Assembly (NCBI RefSeq): GCF_963921235.1
Contig: NW_026948115.1
Coordinates: forward strand, 186,001-250,000
Length of the DNA stretch: 64,000 bases
Direction of reading: 5' to 3'
From: Mobula hypostoma
Taxonomy: Eukaryota
Shown: positions 21,999 through 34,269 of the stretch, piece by piece
Numbering within the stretch: position 1 is the first letter of the stretch
How the letters are laid out: every line of letters starts with the position of its first letter
Made by a program: the position numbers and the translations under genes
The notes under the pieces: model-generated
Seen by the model: only the letters and a program-made list of their open reading frames with translations
Told to the model about the DNA's origin: nothing
Database searches by the model: none

Positions 21999-23039
21999 TG
22001 GAACTGGAATCTGAAACAGACAGCCCTGGTGAGGTAGCATCACTGCAGAGAGTGAGGGAGAGTCAAACTTCATGACCCAGAACATGGGGTGAAAGAGTCT
22101 CGACGAAGCTCAGTGTGAGGGTGAAGACAGGAGAGACGGCTGAAACTGGAACCTGGACTGAAAAACCATCACTGGAACAACACGGTGGGTCAGGCAGCAT
22201 CTGTCTCAGTTATTGTCTCAGGTGGGGACACTGCGTCAGGGACCATACAGTGTCTTGTCCCAAAGCGTCCACATACATCTTTTGGATCCGTAGAGACTGA
22301 CTGACCACTGAGGTTTCCAGCGTTCCGATCATAAAATAAAGTTTGATCTTATCTTGCTACAGTTTAACAACACTGAGACCACTTCACTCTAAAATTAACT
22401 TTTTTTGTTTTTTCCTGTAAAAGTTGGATGTAGTTCATGTTTATGATCTTCTTGTGAATGTTGCTTACCTGATACTTTGTGCCTGTACAAGTAAGCTTGT
22501 TTTTTTACCTGTGTTTACACATACTTGTGCAGGTAAACCTGACCATGACCTTGTTTTTTGTGTCATAGGTCACAGGTTTGCAGGGTTAAAGTGCAGAGGT
22601 ATTGGCCTCATAGACTGAGTCTCCTTACCTCAGAAAGGATGTACTGGACACGGAAGGAGTTCAGCAGAGTTTCAGGAGGCTGCTTGCAGAGACAGTGGGT
22701 TTGCAGAGTGAGGAGAGATCGAGTTGACTCAGGCTGTATTCTCCGGACCATGAGTGGAGATCCCCCGCAGAAAGTTCCAGCAGGGTTCGACTGGCTGGAT
22801 GCAGGGAGGAGATTCCCATGGCTGAGTGGTCTAGATCGGGCGGCAGTCACAATAAGAATTGGGATGGGCTGGGCTACAGGAGAGAAACTTCCATACTGAG
22901 AAGGTGATGGATGTTTGGAATCTCTCCAGCAGAGATCAGCTGAGGCTCTGCCAGCGAGTTTATCTGAATGTCTGTGATGTACTTATCTCATCGCCATAGC
23001 ACCGAGAGGGGCTGGGGATGGAGTGTGGATGTTTAGAAG

Positions 23040-25260
23040 GAGGTGACGGGAAGAGATTTAGAAACCATAGAAACCCACAGCACAGAAACAGGCCTTTTGG
23101 CCCTTCATGGCCGTGCCGAACCATTTTCTGCCTAGTCCCACCGACCTGCACATGGACCATATCCCTCCATACACCTCCCATCAATGTATCTGTCCAATTT
23201 ATTCTTAAATGTTAAAAAAGAACCCGCATTTACCACCTCGTCTGGCAGCTCATTCCATACTCCCACCACTCTCTGTGTGAAGAAGCCCCCCCTAATAGTC
23301 ATAGTCATACTTTATTGACCCTGGGGGAAATTGGTTTTCATTACAGTTGCACCATAAATAATAAATAGTAATAGAACAACATGGCCTAACCAATGCCTTA
23401 TACAACCTCATCACAACATTCCAGCTCTTATACTCAATACTTTGATTAATAAAGGCCAATGTACCAAAAGCTCTCTTTACGACCCTATCTACTTGTGACG
23501 CCACTTTTAGGGAATTTTGTATCTGTATTCCCAGATCCCTCTGTTCTACTGCACTCCTCAGTGCTTTACCATTAACCCTGTATGTTCTACATTGGTTTGT
23601 CCTTCCAACGTGCAATACCTCACACTTGTCTGTATTAAACTCCATCTGCCATTTTTCAGCCCATTTTTCCAGCTGGTCCAAGTCCCTCTGCAGGCTTTGA
23701 AAACCTTCCTCACTGTCTACTACACCTCCAATCTTTGTATCATCAGCAAATTTGCTGATCCAATTTACCACATTATCATCCAGATCATTGATATAGATGA
23801 CAAGTAACAATGGACCCAGCACTAATCCCTGTGGCACACCACTAGTCACAGGCTTCCACTCAGAGAAGCAATTCTCCACTACCACTCTCTGGCTTCTTCC
23901 ATTGAGCCAATGTCTAATCCAATTTACCACCTCTCCATGTATACTGTTACGTAACCGGCAACAATGAATATTAATCGAGACAGGTTTTATAAAAACAACC
24001 AAACATTTATTAAACACGTATAAGCGATAGGGGGAAAAAAAACAAAGGAAAACTTTAACCGGAGGTTAAACAGGGACGCAGCCGTTCATCAACTCCACTA
24101 GGCTCCGGTTCTTAAAGCGTTAAATGCGGAAACAGTTCTTAAAGCGATAAGTTCGAAAGTCCAACAGTTTTACACGTTCAATTGGGAGAGACTTCTGTGG
24201 AGAAGGATTTCTTCACCGACGCACCTTTACTGCCGGTTCTGTCCACGGGATTCACTATACCGAAAATAAACAGTTTAAATCAACTGACCTTAAATTCCTT
24301 TTAGAGAGAGAGCCTTTGTGCATGAACTCATTGCGCTATTGCAAGAGTTATCTCAATGCAGGTTCTCTTCAACGAAGACTCAATAAGGTCGATTCTTTAT
24401 TAAACTGCCAAACGATGCCGACTTCTCTCGATCCTTCACTTCGATGAATTCTTCATTCTCTCTTCAAAACTGTCAGAATTGAGTAAATTGGCGCTTCCAG
24501 CCACAAATTCCCAGTTCGAATACAATATCTTGTAAGAGAACGCACCTTCCGTTTTAAAAATGAAACTGCGTCACAAAAACAAACACAACAGAAACGGAAG
24601 CACAACATGTTCTACCTGGAAATCTACAAACTCAAAAACCCACTGCGTCACCTGAGTCGACCCTTACNNNNNNNNNNNNNNNNNNNNNNNNNNNNNNNNN
24701 NNNNNNNNNNNNNNNNNNNNNNNNNNNNNNNNNNNNNNNNNNNNNNNNNNNNNNNNNNNNNNNNNNNNNNNNNNNNNNNNNNNNNNNNNNNNNNNNNNNN
24801 NNNNNNNNNNNNNNNNNNNNNNNNNNNNNNNNNNNNNNNNNNNNNNNNNNNNNNNNNNNNNNNNNNNNNNNNNNTCAGCGGGAAAATCACATCAGGTGAC
24901 CTCCAAAAGACCACTACATCATTCTCACAAAAAAACACATCTCCTTGAGCATGTAACAATACTTAGCGACTGATATCCGCTTTCCTCGTAACCTCCTCGA
25001 AAAACTCCAATAGATTGGTCAAACATGACCTACCACGCACAAAGCCATGTTGACTCTCCCTGATAAGTCCCTGTCTATCCAAATGTTTGTAGATTCTGTC
25101 TCTTAGTACTCCCTCCAATAACTTACCCACTACCAATGTTAAATTTACCGGCCTATAACTTCCTGGATTACTTTTCGATCCTTTTTTAAACAACGGAACA
25201 ACATGAGCCACTCTCCAATCCTCCGGTACCTCACCCATAGACACCGACATTTTAAATATA
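23040..25260 (-). mobile_element. CR1 LINE, internally deleted, interrupted by an LTR
   Basis: Reverse complement of parts of 31500-32980 (KFADDTKIGG in ORF 23292..24017; MGEVPEDWRVAHVVPLFKKG in ORF 24963..25562). Confidence 0.9.
23945..24958. mobile_element. LTR insertion (solo LTR or gap-collapsed element)
   Basis: TGTTACG...TGTAACA termini, ATAC TSD (23941-23944 and 24959-24962); internal N gap at 24668-24874. Confidence 0.8.
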
Positions 25261-25865
25261 TCTGCCAGGATTTCGGACAGTAACGGGGAGAAGGGGGACT
25301 GAGGCAATGGATGGGCAGAGAGAGGGTGGGGATGGTGACAGGGAAGGGAGGAAGGAGATGTTAATGGTGTGGGAGAGGGGAAGAGTTGGGGACTATAATG
25401 CAGGGGAGAGGGGTTAGATGTGATTGGGAAGTGGAGATTGGAGATGGGAAGGGAGAGGGTGGGACAATGCTGGGGGGAGAGGTTTGGGACGGGAGGATGG
25501 GATGTGTTGAGATGACTGAAATACCTCTCAATGTCTAATGAATGGTCTGAGACCTGAAACATTAGCTCTTGTCTCCCTCCCTTTACCGATGCTGCCTGAC
25601 CTGCTGAGTCTGTCTCAGTTTATTTCAGGAATACAGCAACTTTCATTTTTTTTGGTTTTGACTCACACTTCAGTGCATCACCTCTGCCAACCTCCCAGTA
25701 GTAAGAACATTTCACTATCCTGCCCCTCAACCCCCCAGCACCCCTTAGCTTTTCCCCTGTAACAGAACCCACTCAGGGGTCACAGACGGAGTAGTGTGAA
25801 CCCGTTACCGTGGAGATGGGAACGGCAACAGACCGCTGAGTGAAGATGGCAGCACTCTGACTCCC

Positions 25866-25876
25866 GGGAAATCCCC
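25866..25876 (+). promoter_or_regulatory. Consensus NF-kB site about 1.8 kb upstream of the class I SXY modules
   Basis: GGGAAATCCCC (reverse complement GGGGATTTCCC). Confidence 0.35.
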
Positions 25877-27691
25877 GGTCACCGTCCACAGTCCAACCTG
25901 CTCTGTGGCCCTGGCTGCTCTCCAGCCTCTTCCCAGGAGCCGCTTCTCCCAAACACATGTGGGCACAGATCCCACTCCAGTCTCACAGCCTCTGGCTGGT
26001 TCCAAAACTTTCTCCTGCAGACAGTTTGCCCAATCCACTTTGTATCTCAAATGCTAGGGATCAGGATAAAACAGGATTACCAGGGAACAGTGACATTAAC
26101 TATGTAGATGTATATAACATACAGTATATAACCATATAATGTATATAGAAATGAAACAATGATTCTCTGGACCAGGGTGTAAAGCACAGAAGTACACATA
26201 ACACATGTAACACCTGATAACTTATGAAGGTAAGGATAAATTCTACAGATGAATCATGTATAAATAACAAACTAAACTGCATAAAGTGAATATTGGAAGG
26301 TACGGAACAGATTAACCACGGACACTTCGAATGCAATGCGGGACCACTCTAGGATTCAAATAGTCAGTTGAAGTAAGATTGACCCAGGTAAACTAGAAAG
26401 AAAGCCAAGCTAAGAAATTTGTTTGTGCATAATGAGAGGCTTTGCAGTGGAGATGTTTCACCTACAGTCTGGGTACATCCCTTTAGAGGGAAGGGAAACT
26501 AATGCCAAAGGAGAAAGTCCATGCACCCCAGATCCCTCCATTCATTCACTATGTCCCTTCACATTCATGTCATACCTTTTGAGATGTAACATGACTCTTT
26601 TCCCAGGAATAAATTTCATCCACATCCTCTCCATCCATTCCCCCGCCCTCTTAACAACTTCTTCACAATTCACATCCTCCAGTTCTGTACAGACTGCAGA
26701 TTGGACCCCAGTGACCGTGGACCACCTGTTAGATCTGGCCCAGTCCCTGATCTGTACCCCCATGCTTGTACCCATGGGGTTTGTCCCACAGGTAGAGCAC
26801 CACAGTCTATTCCCTCAGCATCTCTGCCCCCAATGTCTCTGCCCACAGGCCACCATCAGGGTCCTTATCCCAGGGTAGGTGCCCTCATGGTCAGTACCTC
26901 CCTCTATCAGTGCTACATCAGCTTCCATATCCAGCATATCATCTTCGTCATTCCATCAGCTCCAGTGGAATACCACCTCGTCACACCTTCACTATTCAGG
27001 AGGTTTACAAAGACAGGTGTGTAAAAAGGGCCCGAAGAACTCCTCCACTGCTTTCAGTACCCCAGCCTGATTTACATCAGCGAGATCAAGGAGCAGCCAT
27101 TTAGCAGAGTCTTGTGTCCTGTCCCCGCCAATGACCTGACCTTTCACCTTATACAACCCATTGGTCTGTACACCCAACTCTCAGATATCTGGTAATTAGC
27201 ACCCTTTGTGTTCTGTCTAGTTTACTCACCACCCCTTTATCCAGTTTGCTTCCCTCCCCAACACTCACTCTGACCCCACCTGCCCATTTGATAATAAATA
27301 GGTTTAAATACACCGATTTCCCCGAGGTTCTCCTCCCATCTCCCCTGCCATCTGGATCCATCTGCCAATCAACCCTCTGGTTCTACCTATTACCCACAGA
27401 GTCTGTCTCTGAACTCCCTCCCTCGGCCCTCACCTGGTCCTACCCATCACCTACCATCCCTGACCTCACCCCTCACCTACACCTCTCTGATCTAGTTCAC
27501 AGCCCCCTACACTCTCAATCCCTCGGCACTGACCATCACTCTAATTCTACAAATGATTCTCGCCGTGCTGAATTTCTTTAGCAGGTTGTGGTTCTCCTTC
27601 TGTGTAATTTTCCCCGGGGTTTGGCCCCGAGGGTCTGTGACATCAGGACCCTGCCTCTCCCTCCCGTTCCCATACTTTCAATTTGTGATTC

Positions 27692-27757
27692 CAAACTCCG
27701 CTCACTCCACCCTTCCCGGCAACCGATGACTCACACATCAGCTCTTTTTCTGATTGG
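27692..27757 (+). promoter_or_regulatory. Distal S-X1-X2-Y module of the class I gene
   Basis: CAAACT, 17 nt, CCCGGCAACCGA, TGACTCA, 19 nt, ATTGG (within CTGATTGG). Confidence 0.75.
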
Positions 27758-27795
27758 ACGGATGCGGATGTTTGTAATTTTATTTCCAAGCGACT

Positions 27796-27888
27796 CAAAC
27801 TTCTGGGACCACTTCTGCCCAGAGACCAATGACGCTAAACAGAGACAGATTATGATTGGGCTGCGCTATCCCGCGGACCAATCAGCGT
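27796..27888 (+). promoter_or_regulatory. Proximal S-X1-X2-Y module plus downstream CCAAT box
   Basis: CAAACT, 16 nt, CCCAGAGACCAA, TGACGCT, 18 nt, ATTGG, then CCAATCAGCGT at 27878-27888, about 140 bp before the ATG. Confidence 0.8.
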
Positions 27889-28026
27889 GCAGTTCGGGGA
27901 TGAACCTGACGGACATCGCCCGGAGTCCGCAGACTTTGGGGAGCGGTGATCCGAGTGGTTCTGGTATTGTGCTGAGCAGTGGCGGAGCACTTGGAAACTC
28001 GAAACAGTTCTGATAGAGAGGGAATA

Positions 28027-28078
28027 ATGATGCTGCGTCTACTACTGCTGGCCCTCCTCTGTGGAGGGGTCTCCGCAG
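28027..28078 (+). CDS. UAA: MHC class I heavy chain exon 1 (signal peptide)
   Basis: MMLRLLLLALLCGGVSA followed by phase-1 donor G|GTGAGT; lies directly after the SXY promoter. Gene symbol follows cartilaginous-fish classical-lineage nomenclature and is tentative. Confidence 0.85.
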
Positions 28079-30698
28079 GTGAGTGAAGAGTCAATGGTCA
28101 GCGGGACATTCAGTGAGTGAGAGGATGGACACAGGGTCCCGACCCCAGTCGAGGTGTGAGGGTCCCACGCCCCGCAGTCTGAGGACAGGGGCGATCGGTT
28201 TGAGAGTGTTGTGTGTTCTGAGCCCCTGCAGAAACTGCACACGGGAGGCGAGATGGGGAGGGGAGTGCGGACGGATGGGTTAACACCTTCACTGACCTGG
28301 GCAGGAACCGGACAAGTGGACAGTGGGACACCAGGTGGCTGGTTACACTGGGGTTTAGAGGATGGCGAGGGAAGAGCCAATTCAGTCCTGGAGATCCGTG
28401 CTGGAGCACTGCTTCCTCCCGACACGTTAATGTGACGTAAGGGTGTGCAGGGGCATTTACACAGGACAGAGAGGGGTTCGGACTGGGTGGTGGGAAGCAG
28501 GGGTTAAATGTGTTACAGTAGGGTAATGAGGTGAGGCATCTTCGTGTTGTGAAGGAGAGGTTATTAATCTGTTAACCAGGTCTATGTACCGGCCAGCGCT
28601 GACCACCCTATCAGAGACAGAGTTTTGTCCAATCCCTCCCTCCTCCCACCCACTCATTTCCTCACTTTCCCAGTTCTGGACCTGAAACATTAACTGTGGC
28701 GCTGCCTGGGCTGTTCGGAGTTTCCAGTTTAATGGTGCAGCCCATTTTGTGTCTTCCTTCCTCTCCCAGGGATGAAACCTTTGGAGTTTCCGTAGCTCTG
28801 TGTTTTTACACGATCGGGTTGCTAGCCTCGTGCCCAACCCTCCTCTTTTCCCAGCCGGTCCCGGAACCGTCCGTGGCTGAGGTTTTTCCGATTGAAGTGT
28901 CCAAATGTCTCTTTAATGTAGTGTTAGAATGTGATTGCACCATATCCCCGGCAGTGAGTTCCAGATATCAGACACCCTCCGTGTAAAAACACCAGATCTC
29001 CTGTGAAACTCCTTCCTCTCGCCTTAACCTATGACCCCGAGTTTTAATACCCTTATGACGGGAGAAGGATTTTGACCGTCCATCCTATCTGTACCTCTCA
29101 TATATGGGGTCACCTCCTTGGCCTCCCATAGCGTGCTGAGCAGAAATGCTCACAGTTCTCAGTGCAGACTCACCGCCGTTTTATGCAGTTCCATTATTGG
29201 GAGAATGAGATCTTCTTTACCTTCTCTGTCAAGGATAATCTGAAAATCATCTGTATGTCAAGAGCAAAGGGGTAATTGGGGAGAGCAGAGATCCCTGAAG
29301 GATCAGTGTGGCTGTATATAAGTGGAGACTGAGGTCTCAAATAAATACTTCTCATATCCACTTAACTGGGGAGGTCAGGTCCATGCTGGGGAACTCAGGA
29401 AAGACTACAGAGACATCCTGAAACGTTTCAATATTACAAATGAGATGTTGGTGTTCTTGAGGTGGATAAAAATAGATAAATCCATGGATTTGATTGAGAG
29501 TATCCTAAGATATTATGGGAATGAAGGCAGAAATTGGTGGGGCCCTGGGAGATCTGTTGCTTCAGTAGATAAGGGTATGGTACCAGAAGATTGGAAGATA
29601 CCTGATGTTGTCCTTTTATGTAAGAAAGATTGCATGGGCAAGCTAGGGAACTACAGGCTGTTGAGCCTAATGTTAGTGCTGGAAAATGTACCAGATGGGA
29701 TTCTGAGAAACTGGATCTACCTGTATTTGGAAAGGCAAGGGCTGTGAAACTGTTTCTCATGAATGTGATCAAAGTCTTTGGAGAGGAGACCAAGAGGATT
29801 GACAAGGGATGGGCAGTAGATGTTGCCAACAACGGCTCTGGAAAGGCTTTTGATAACATCCTACATGGTGGACAGGTCCAGAAAGTGAGATCACATTGGA
29901 TCCAGGGTAAGCTAGCCAAATCGATACATACTTGACCCAGTGGTAGAAGTTAGGGTGTGATAGTGGACAGTAGATTTTTCAGATTGGAATCCAGTGACTG
30001 GTGGTGTATTGTGGGCATCGGTTCTGGGACTCCTGTTGCTTGTTATTTGTGTAAATGATTTGGATGAGAATGTGGGTGGTGTGTTGGGGAGTTTGCAGAT
30101 GACAACAACACTGGTGGTGTAGTGGACAGTCAATAATTTCTCTGAAGGTTAAAGAAAAACAAACTGCTGGAGGAACTTGGTAAGTGTAGAGGGAAATGGC
30201 AGTCAAAAGTTTGGCCCAGAGCCTCCATCTGGAATGATCTAAGGTTGGAACAGCAAATGTATTTTAACTTGGAGGTAGGTCATTTTGGGACTTTAAACCA
30301 GGGAGAGATTTGCACTACATATGTAATTTACTGAGGACTGTGTAGCAGCAGTACAAATGCATTGTTCCCAGTTAGACATACAATTGTAACAAGGGTGGTT
30401 TCCAGGTTGGGTTTGAACTGGGGTTGTTACGGTGAAGTTCCATACCTTTAACCAGTGGACCTCCAGGAGAGGCTCGGATCAAATGGAAGGAGTTAAAGAA
30501 TGGAGTTGAACAAAGAATTGTCACTTGAGGTTTGGTTGGTAGAGAACCCAGTCTAGGACTTGAGAATTACTGCACACAGGGTAGGTAGACTCAAGACGGA
30601 GCAATGACAAACAAAACTTAACTAAACAAACAGAACAAGGCATGGTGCACTGGTAAACTAAAATAAGATAAATGCGAAAATAATCAGCCAGGGATCAG

Positions 30699-32980
30699 AA
30701 GTCTGTGTAGGGGAGCACTTTGGTTCCAGTGATCATAACACCATTAGTTTCAATTTGATCATGGACAAGGATAGATCTGGTCCTAGGGTTGAGGTTCTGA
30801 ACTGGAAGAAGGCCAAATTTGAAGAAATGAGAAAGGATCTAAAAAGCGTGGATTGGGACAGGTTGTTCTCTGGCAAAGATGTGATCGGTAGGTGGGAAGC
30901 CTTCAAAGGGGAAATTTTGAGAGTGCAGAGTTTGTATGTTCCTGTCAGGATTAAAGGCAAATTGAATAGGAATAAGGAACCTTGGTTCCCAAGGGATATT
31001 GCAACTCTGATAAAGAAGAAGAGGGAGTTGTATGAAATGTATAGGAAATAGGGGGTAAATCAGGTGCTTGAGGAGTATAAGAAGTGCAAGAAAATACTTA
31101 AGAAAGAAATCAGGAGGGCTAAAAGAAGACATGAGGTTGCCTTGGCAATCAAAGTGAAGGATAATCCAAAGAGCTTTTACAAGTATGTTAAGAGCAAAAG
31201 GATTGTAAGGGATAAAATTGGTCCTCTTGAAGATCAGAGTGGTTGGCTTTGTGCGGAACCAAAGGAAATGGGGAAGATCTTAAATAGGTTTTTTGCATCT
31301 GTATTTACTAAGGAAGCTGGCATGAAATCTATGGAATTGAGGGAATCAAGTAGTGAGACCATGGAAACTGTACAGATTGAAAAGGAGGAGGTCCTTGCTG
31401 TCTTGAGGAAAATTAAAGTGGATAAATCCCTGGGACCTGACAGAGTGTTCCCTCGGACCTTGAAGGAGACTAGTGTTGAAATTGCGGGGGCCCTGGCAGA
31501 AATCGCTGTCTATGGGTGAAGTGCTGGAGGATTGGAGAGTGGCTCATGTTGTTCCGTTGTTTAAAAAAGGATCGAAAAGTAATCCGGGAAATTATAGGCC
31601 GGTGAGTTTAACGTCGGTAGTAGGTAAGTTATTGGAGGGAGTACTAAGAGACAGAATCTACAAGCATTTGGATAGACAGGGACTTATTAGGGAGAGTCAA
31701 CATGGCTTTGTGCGGGATAGGTCATGTTTGACCAATCTATTGAAGTTTTTCGAGGAGGTTACCAGGAAAGTGGATGAAGGGAAGGCAGTGGATATTGTCT
31801 ACATGGACTTCAGTAAGGCATTTGACAAGGTCCCGCATGGGAGGTTAGTTAGGAAATTTCAGTCACTAGGTATACATGGAGAGGTGGTAAATTGGATTAG
31901 ACATTGGCTCAATGGAAGAAGCCAAAGAGTGGTAGTAGAGAATTGCTTCTCCGAGTGGAGGCCTGTGACTAGTGGTGTGCCACAGGGATCAGTGCTGGGT
32001 CCATTGTTATTTGTCATCTATATCAATGATCTGGATGATAATGTGGTAAATTGGATTAGCAAGTTTGCTGATGATACAAAGATTGGAGGTGTAGTAGACA
32101 GTGAGGAAGGTTTTCAGAGCCTGCAGAGGGACTTGGACCAGCTGGAAAAATGGGCTGAAAAATGGCAGATGGAGTTTAATACAGACAAGTGTGAGGTATT
32201 GCACGTTGGAAGGACAAACCAAGGTAGAACATACAGGGTTAATGGTAAGGCACTGAGGAGTGCAGTGGAACAGAGGGATCTGGGAATACAGATACAAAAT
32301 TCCCTGAAAGTGTCGTCACAGGTAGATAGGGTCGTAAAGAGAGCTTTTGGTACATTGGCCTTTATTAATCAAAGTATTGAGTATAAGAGCTGGAATGTTA
32401 TGATGAGGTTGTATAAGGCATTGGTGAGGCCGAATCTGGAGTATTGTGTTCAGTTTTGGTCACCAAATTACAGGAAGGATATAAATAAGGTTGAAAGAGT
32501 GCAGAGAAGGTTTACAAGGATGTTGCCGGGACTTGAGAAACTCAGTTACAGAGAAAGGTTTGAATAGGTTAGGACTTTATTCCCTGGAGTGTAGAAGAAT
32601 GAGGGGAGATTTGATAGAGGTATATAAAATTATGATGGGTATAGATAGAGTGAATGCAAGCAGGCTTTTTCCACTGAGGCAAGGGGAGAAAAAAACCAGA
32701 GGACATGCGTTAAGGGTGAGAGGGGAAAAGTTTAAAGGGAACATTAGGGGGGGCTTCTTCACACAGAGAGTGGTGGGAGTATGGAATGAGCTGCCAGACG
32801 AGGTGGTAAATGCGGGTTCTTTTTTAACATTTAAGAATAAATTGGACAGATACATGGATGGGAGGTGTATGGAGGGATATGGTCCGTGTGCAGGTCAGTG
32901 GGACTAGGCAGAAAATGGTTCGGCACAGCCAAGAAGGCCGAAGGGCCTGTTTCTGTGCTGTAGTTTCTATGGTTTCTATG
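30699..32980 (+). mobile_element. CR1 LINE, 5'-truncated (end of endonuclease plus RT), with stops and frameshifts
   Basis: SDHNTISF endonuclease end, RT with GVPQGSVLGP and FADD in ORF 31473..32567, (TTTCTATGG)n tail. Confidence 0.95.
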
Positions 32981-33989
32981 GGAGGAGCAGCATCAGAGCT
33001 TGGAGGATTCTGGTGCCCCCTGGTGCTCTGATTGAAGCATGACAAGTAGTGAATAAAGAGATTGGCGTGTTTACCATCTTCGGTCATGTTACTGAGTACA
33101 AGACTTGAGATGTCATGTTGCAGTCGTACAAACCATTGATGAGAATGCACTTGTAAATATTCTGTGCAGTTTTGGTCACACAGCTATAGGAAGGCTGCAA
33201 TTCTTTTAGAAATGATGCAGAAATGCAGTTACCGGAACAAGAAGGCTTGAGTTATAAGGAGGGATTGGAGAGGCTGTGACTGTTTTCTGTGCAGCGAAGG
33301 AGACTGAGGGGTGACTTTATTGTACATTGCAAATAAGAGATGTCATGACACTGACCTGTGGTACATCACTAGTCACAGACTTCCAATCAGAAAAGCATCC
33401 TCCTGTCTTCACCTTCTGCCTGCCATCACCCAGCAAGTTTGGACTCGTGTAGCCAGTTTCCTGGATCTCATGTGCCATGTTGTTCTGGTCCAGACCACCA
33501 TGGAGTCCTTGGAAAATGCCGTATTCAGGCTATATAGTCAACATCTCTCACCCTGCCTTCCTAGTCTTCTAGAAAAAACCATCTGAAAAATATTGAAGTT
33601 ATTGATGCAGGACTTCCTCCATACAGAGCCATGTTGATTATTCCTGATCAGCCTCTGACTTTATAAATTTGCATAATTCCTGTCCTTTATTTTTGTCAGG
33701 AGCTTCCCTGCTGTTGATGTGAGACTGACTGCTTGTAGTTACCTGGACACTCCCTATTTTCCTTCTTGAACAAAGGATAAGTAATTATCCTTTATATTAT
33801 TATATGTAATTTGCAAAGATACAAAACCTTCGTCTCGACCCCATCAATCTTATCTCTTGCCTCTCTTAATAACCCAGGTATATCCCAACAGGCCCCATGG
33901 ACTCATCCACTGTCATGCTCTTGAAGAGACCTAACACAGCCTCGTTCTTCAAATCCCCAGCATTGTGACATGTTGCACACTGATCTACT

Positions 33990-34250
33990 GGTGCTGGGCA
34001 CTGTGATTGTGCAGCGGTTAGTGTGATATTAATTACAGCTCAGGGTATCAGAGTTTGGAGTTCAATTCTAGCGTCCTCTGCAAGGAGTTTATTCACCCTC
34101 CCCATGGAATGCCTGGGTTTTCTCCGGATGCTCCGGTTTCCTCCCACAGTTCAAAGACGTGCTGGTTAGTGGGTCAATTGGTCACTGTATTGTCCAGTGA
34201 TTAGGTTTAGGCCAGTGTTAAAATCACGTGTTGCTGGTGGTGGCTCGAAG
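33990..34250 (+). mobile_element. V-SINE-like tRNA-derived SINE
   Basis: Central V-domain TGGGTTTTCTCCGGATGCTCCGGTTTCCTCCCACAGTTCAAAGAC. Confidence 0.7.
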
Positions 34251-34269
34251 GGCTAATTACACAGTATCT

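Noticed and set aside
26380-27200. Short ORFs upstream of the class I promoter as a possible small gene
   Set aside because: No recognisable domain or consistent splice structure; probably decayed repeat.
27994-28005. GAAACTCGAAAC as an ISRE near the class I ATG
   Set aside because: The spacer is 3 nt rather than the canonical 2, so it is too weak to call.
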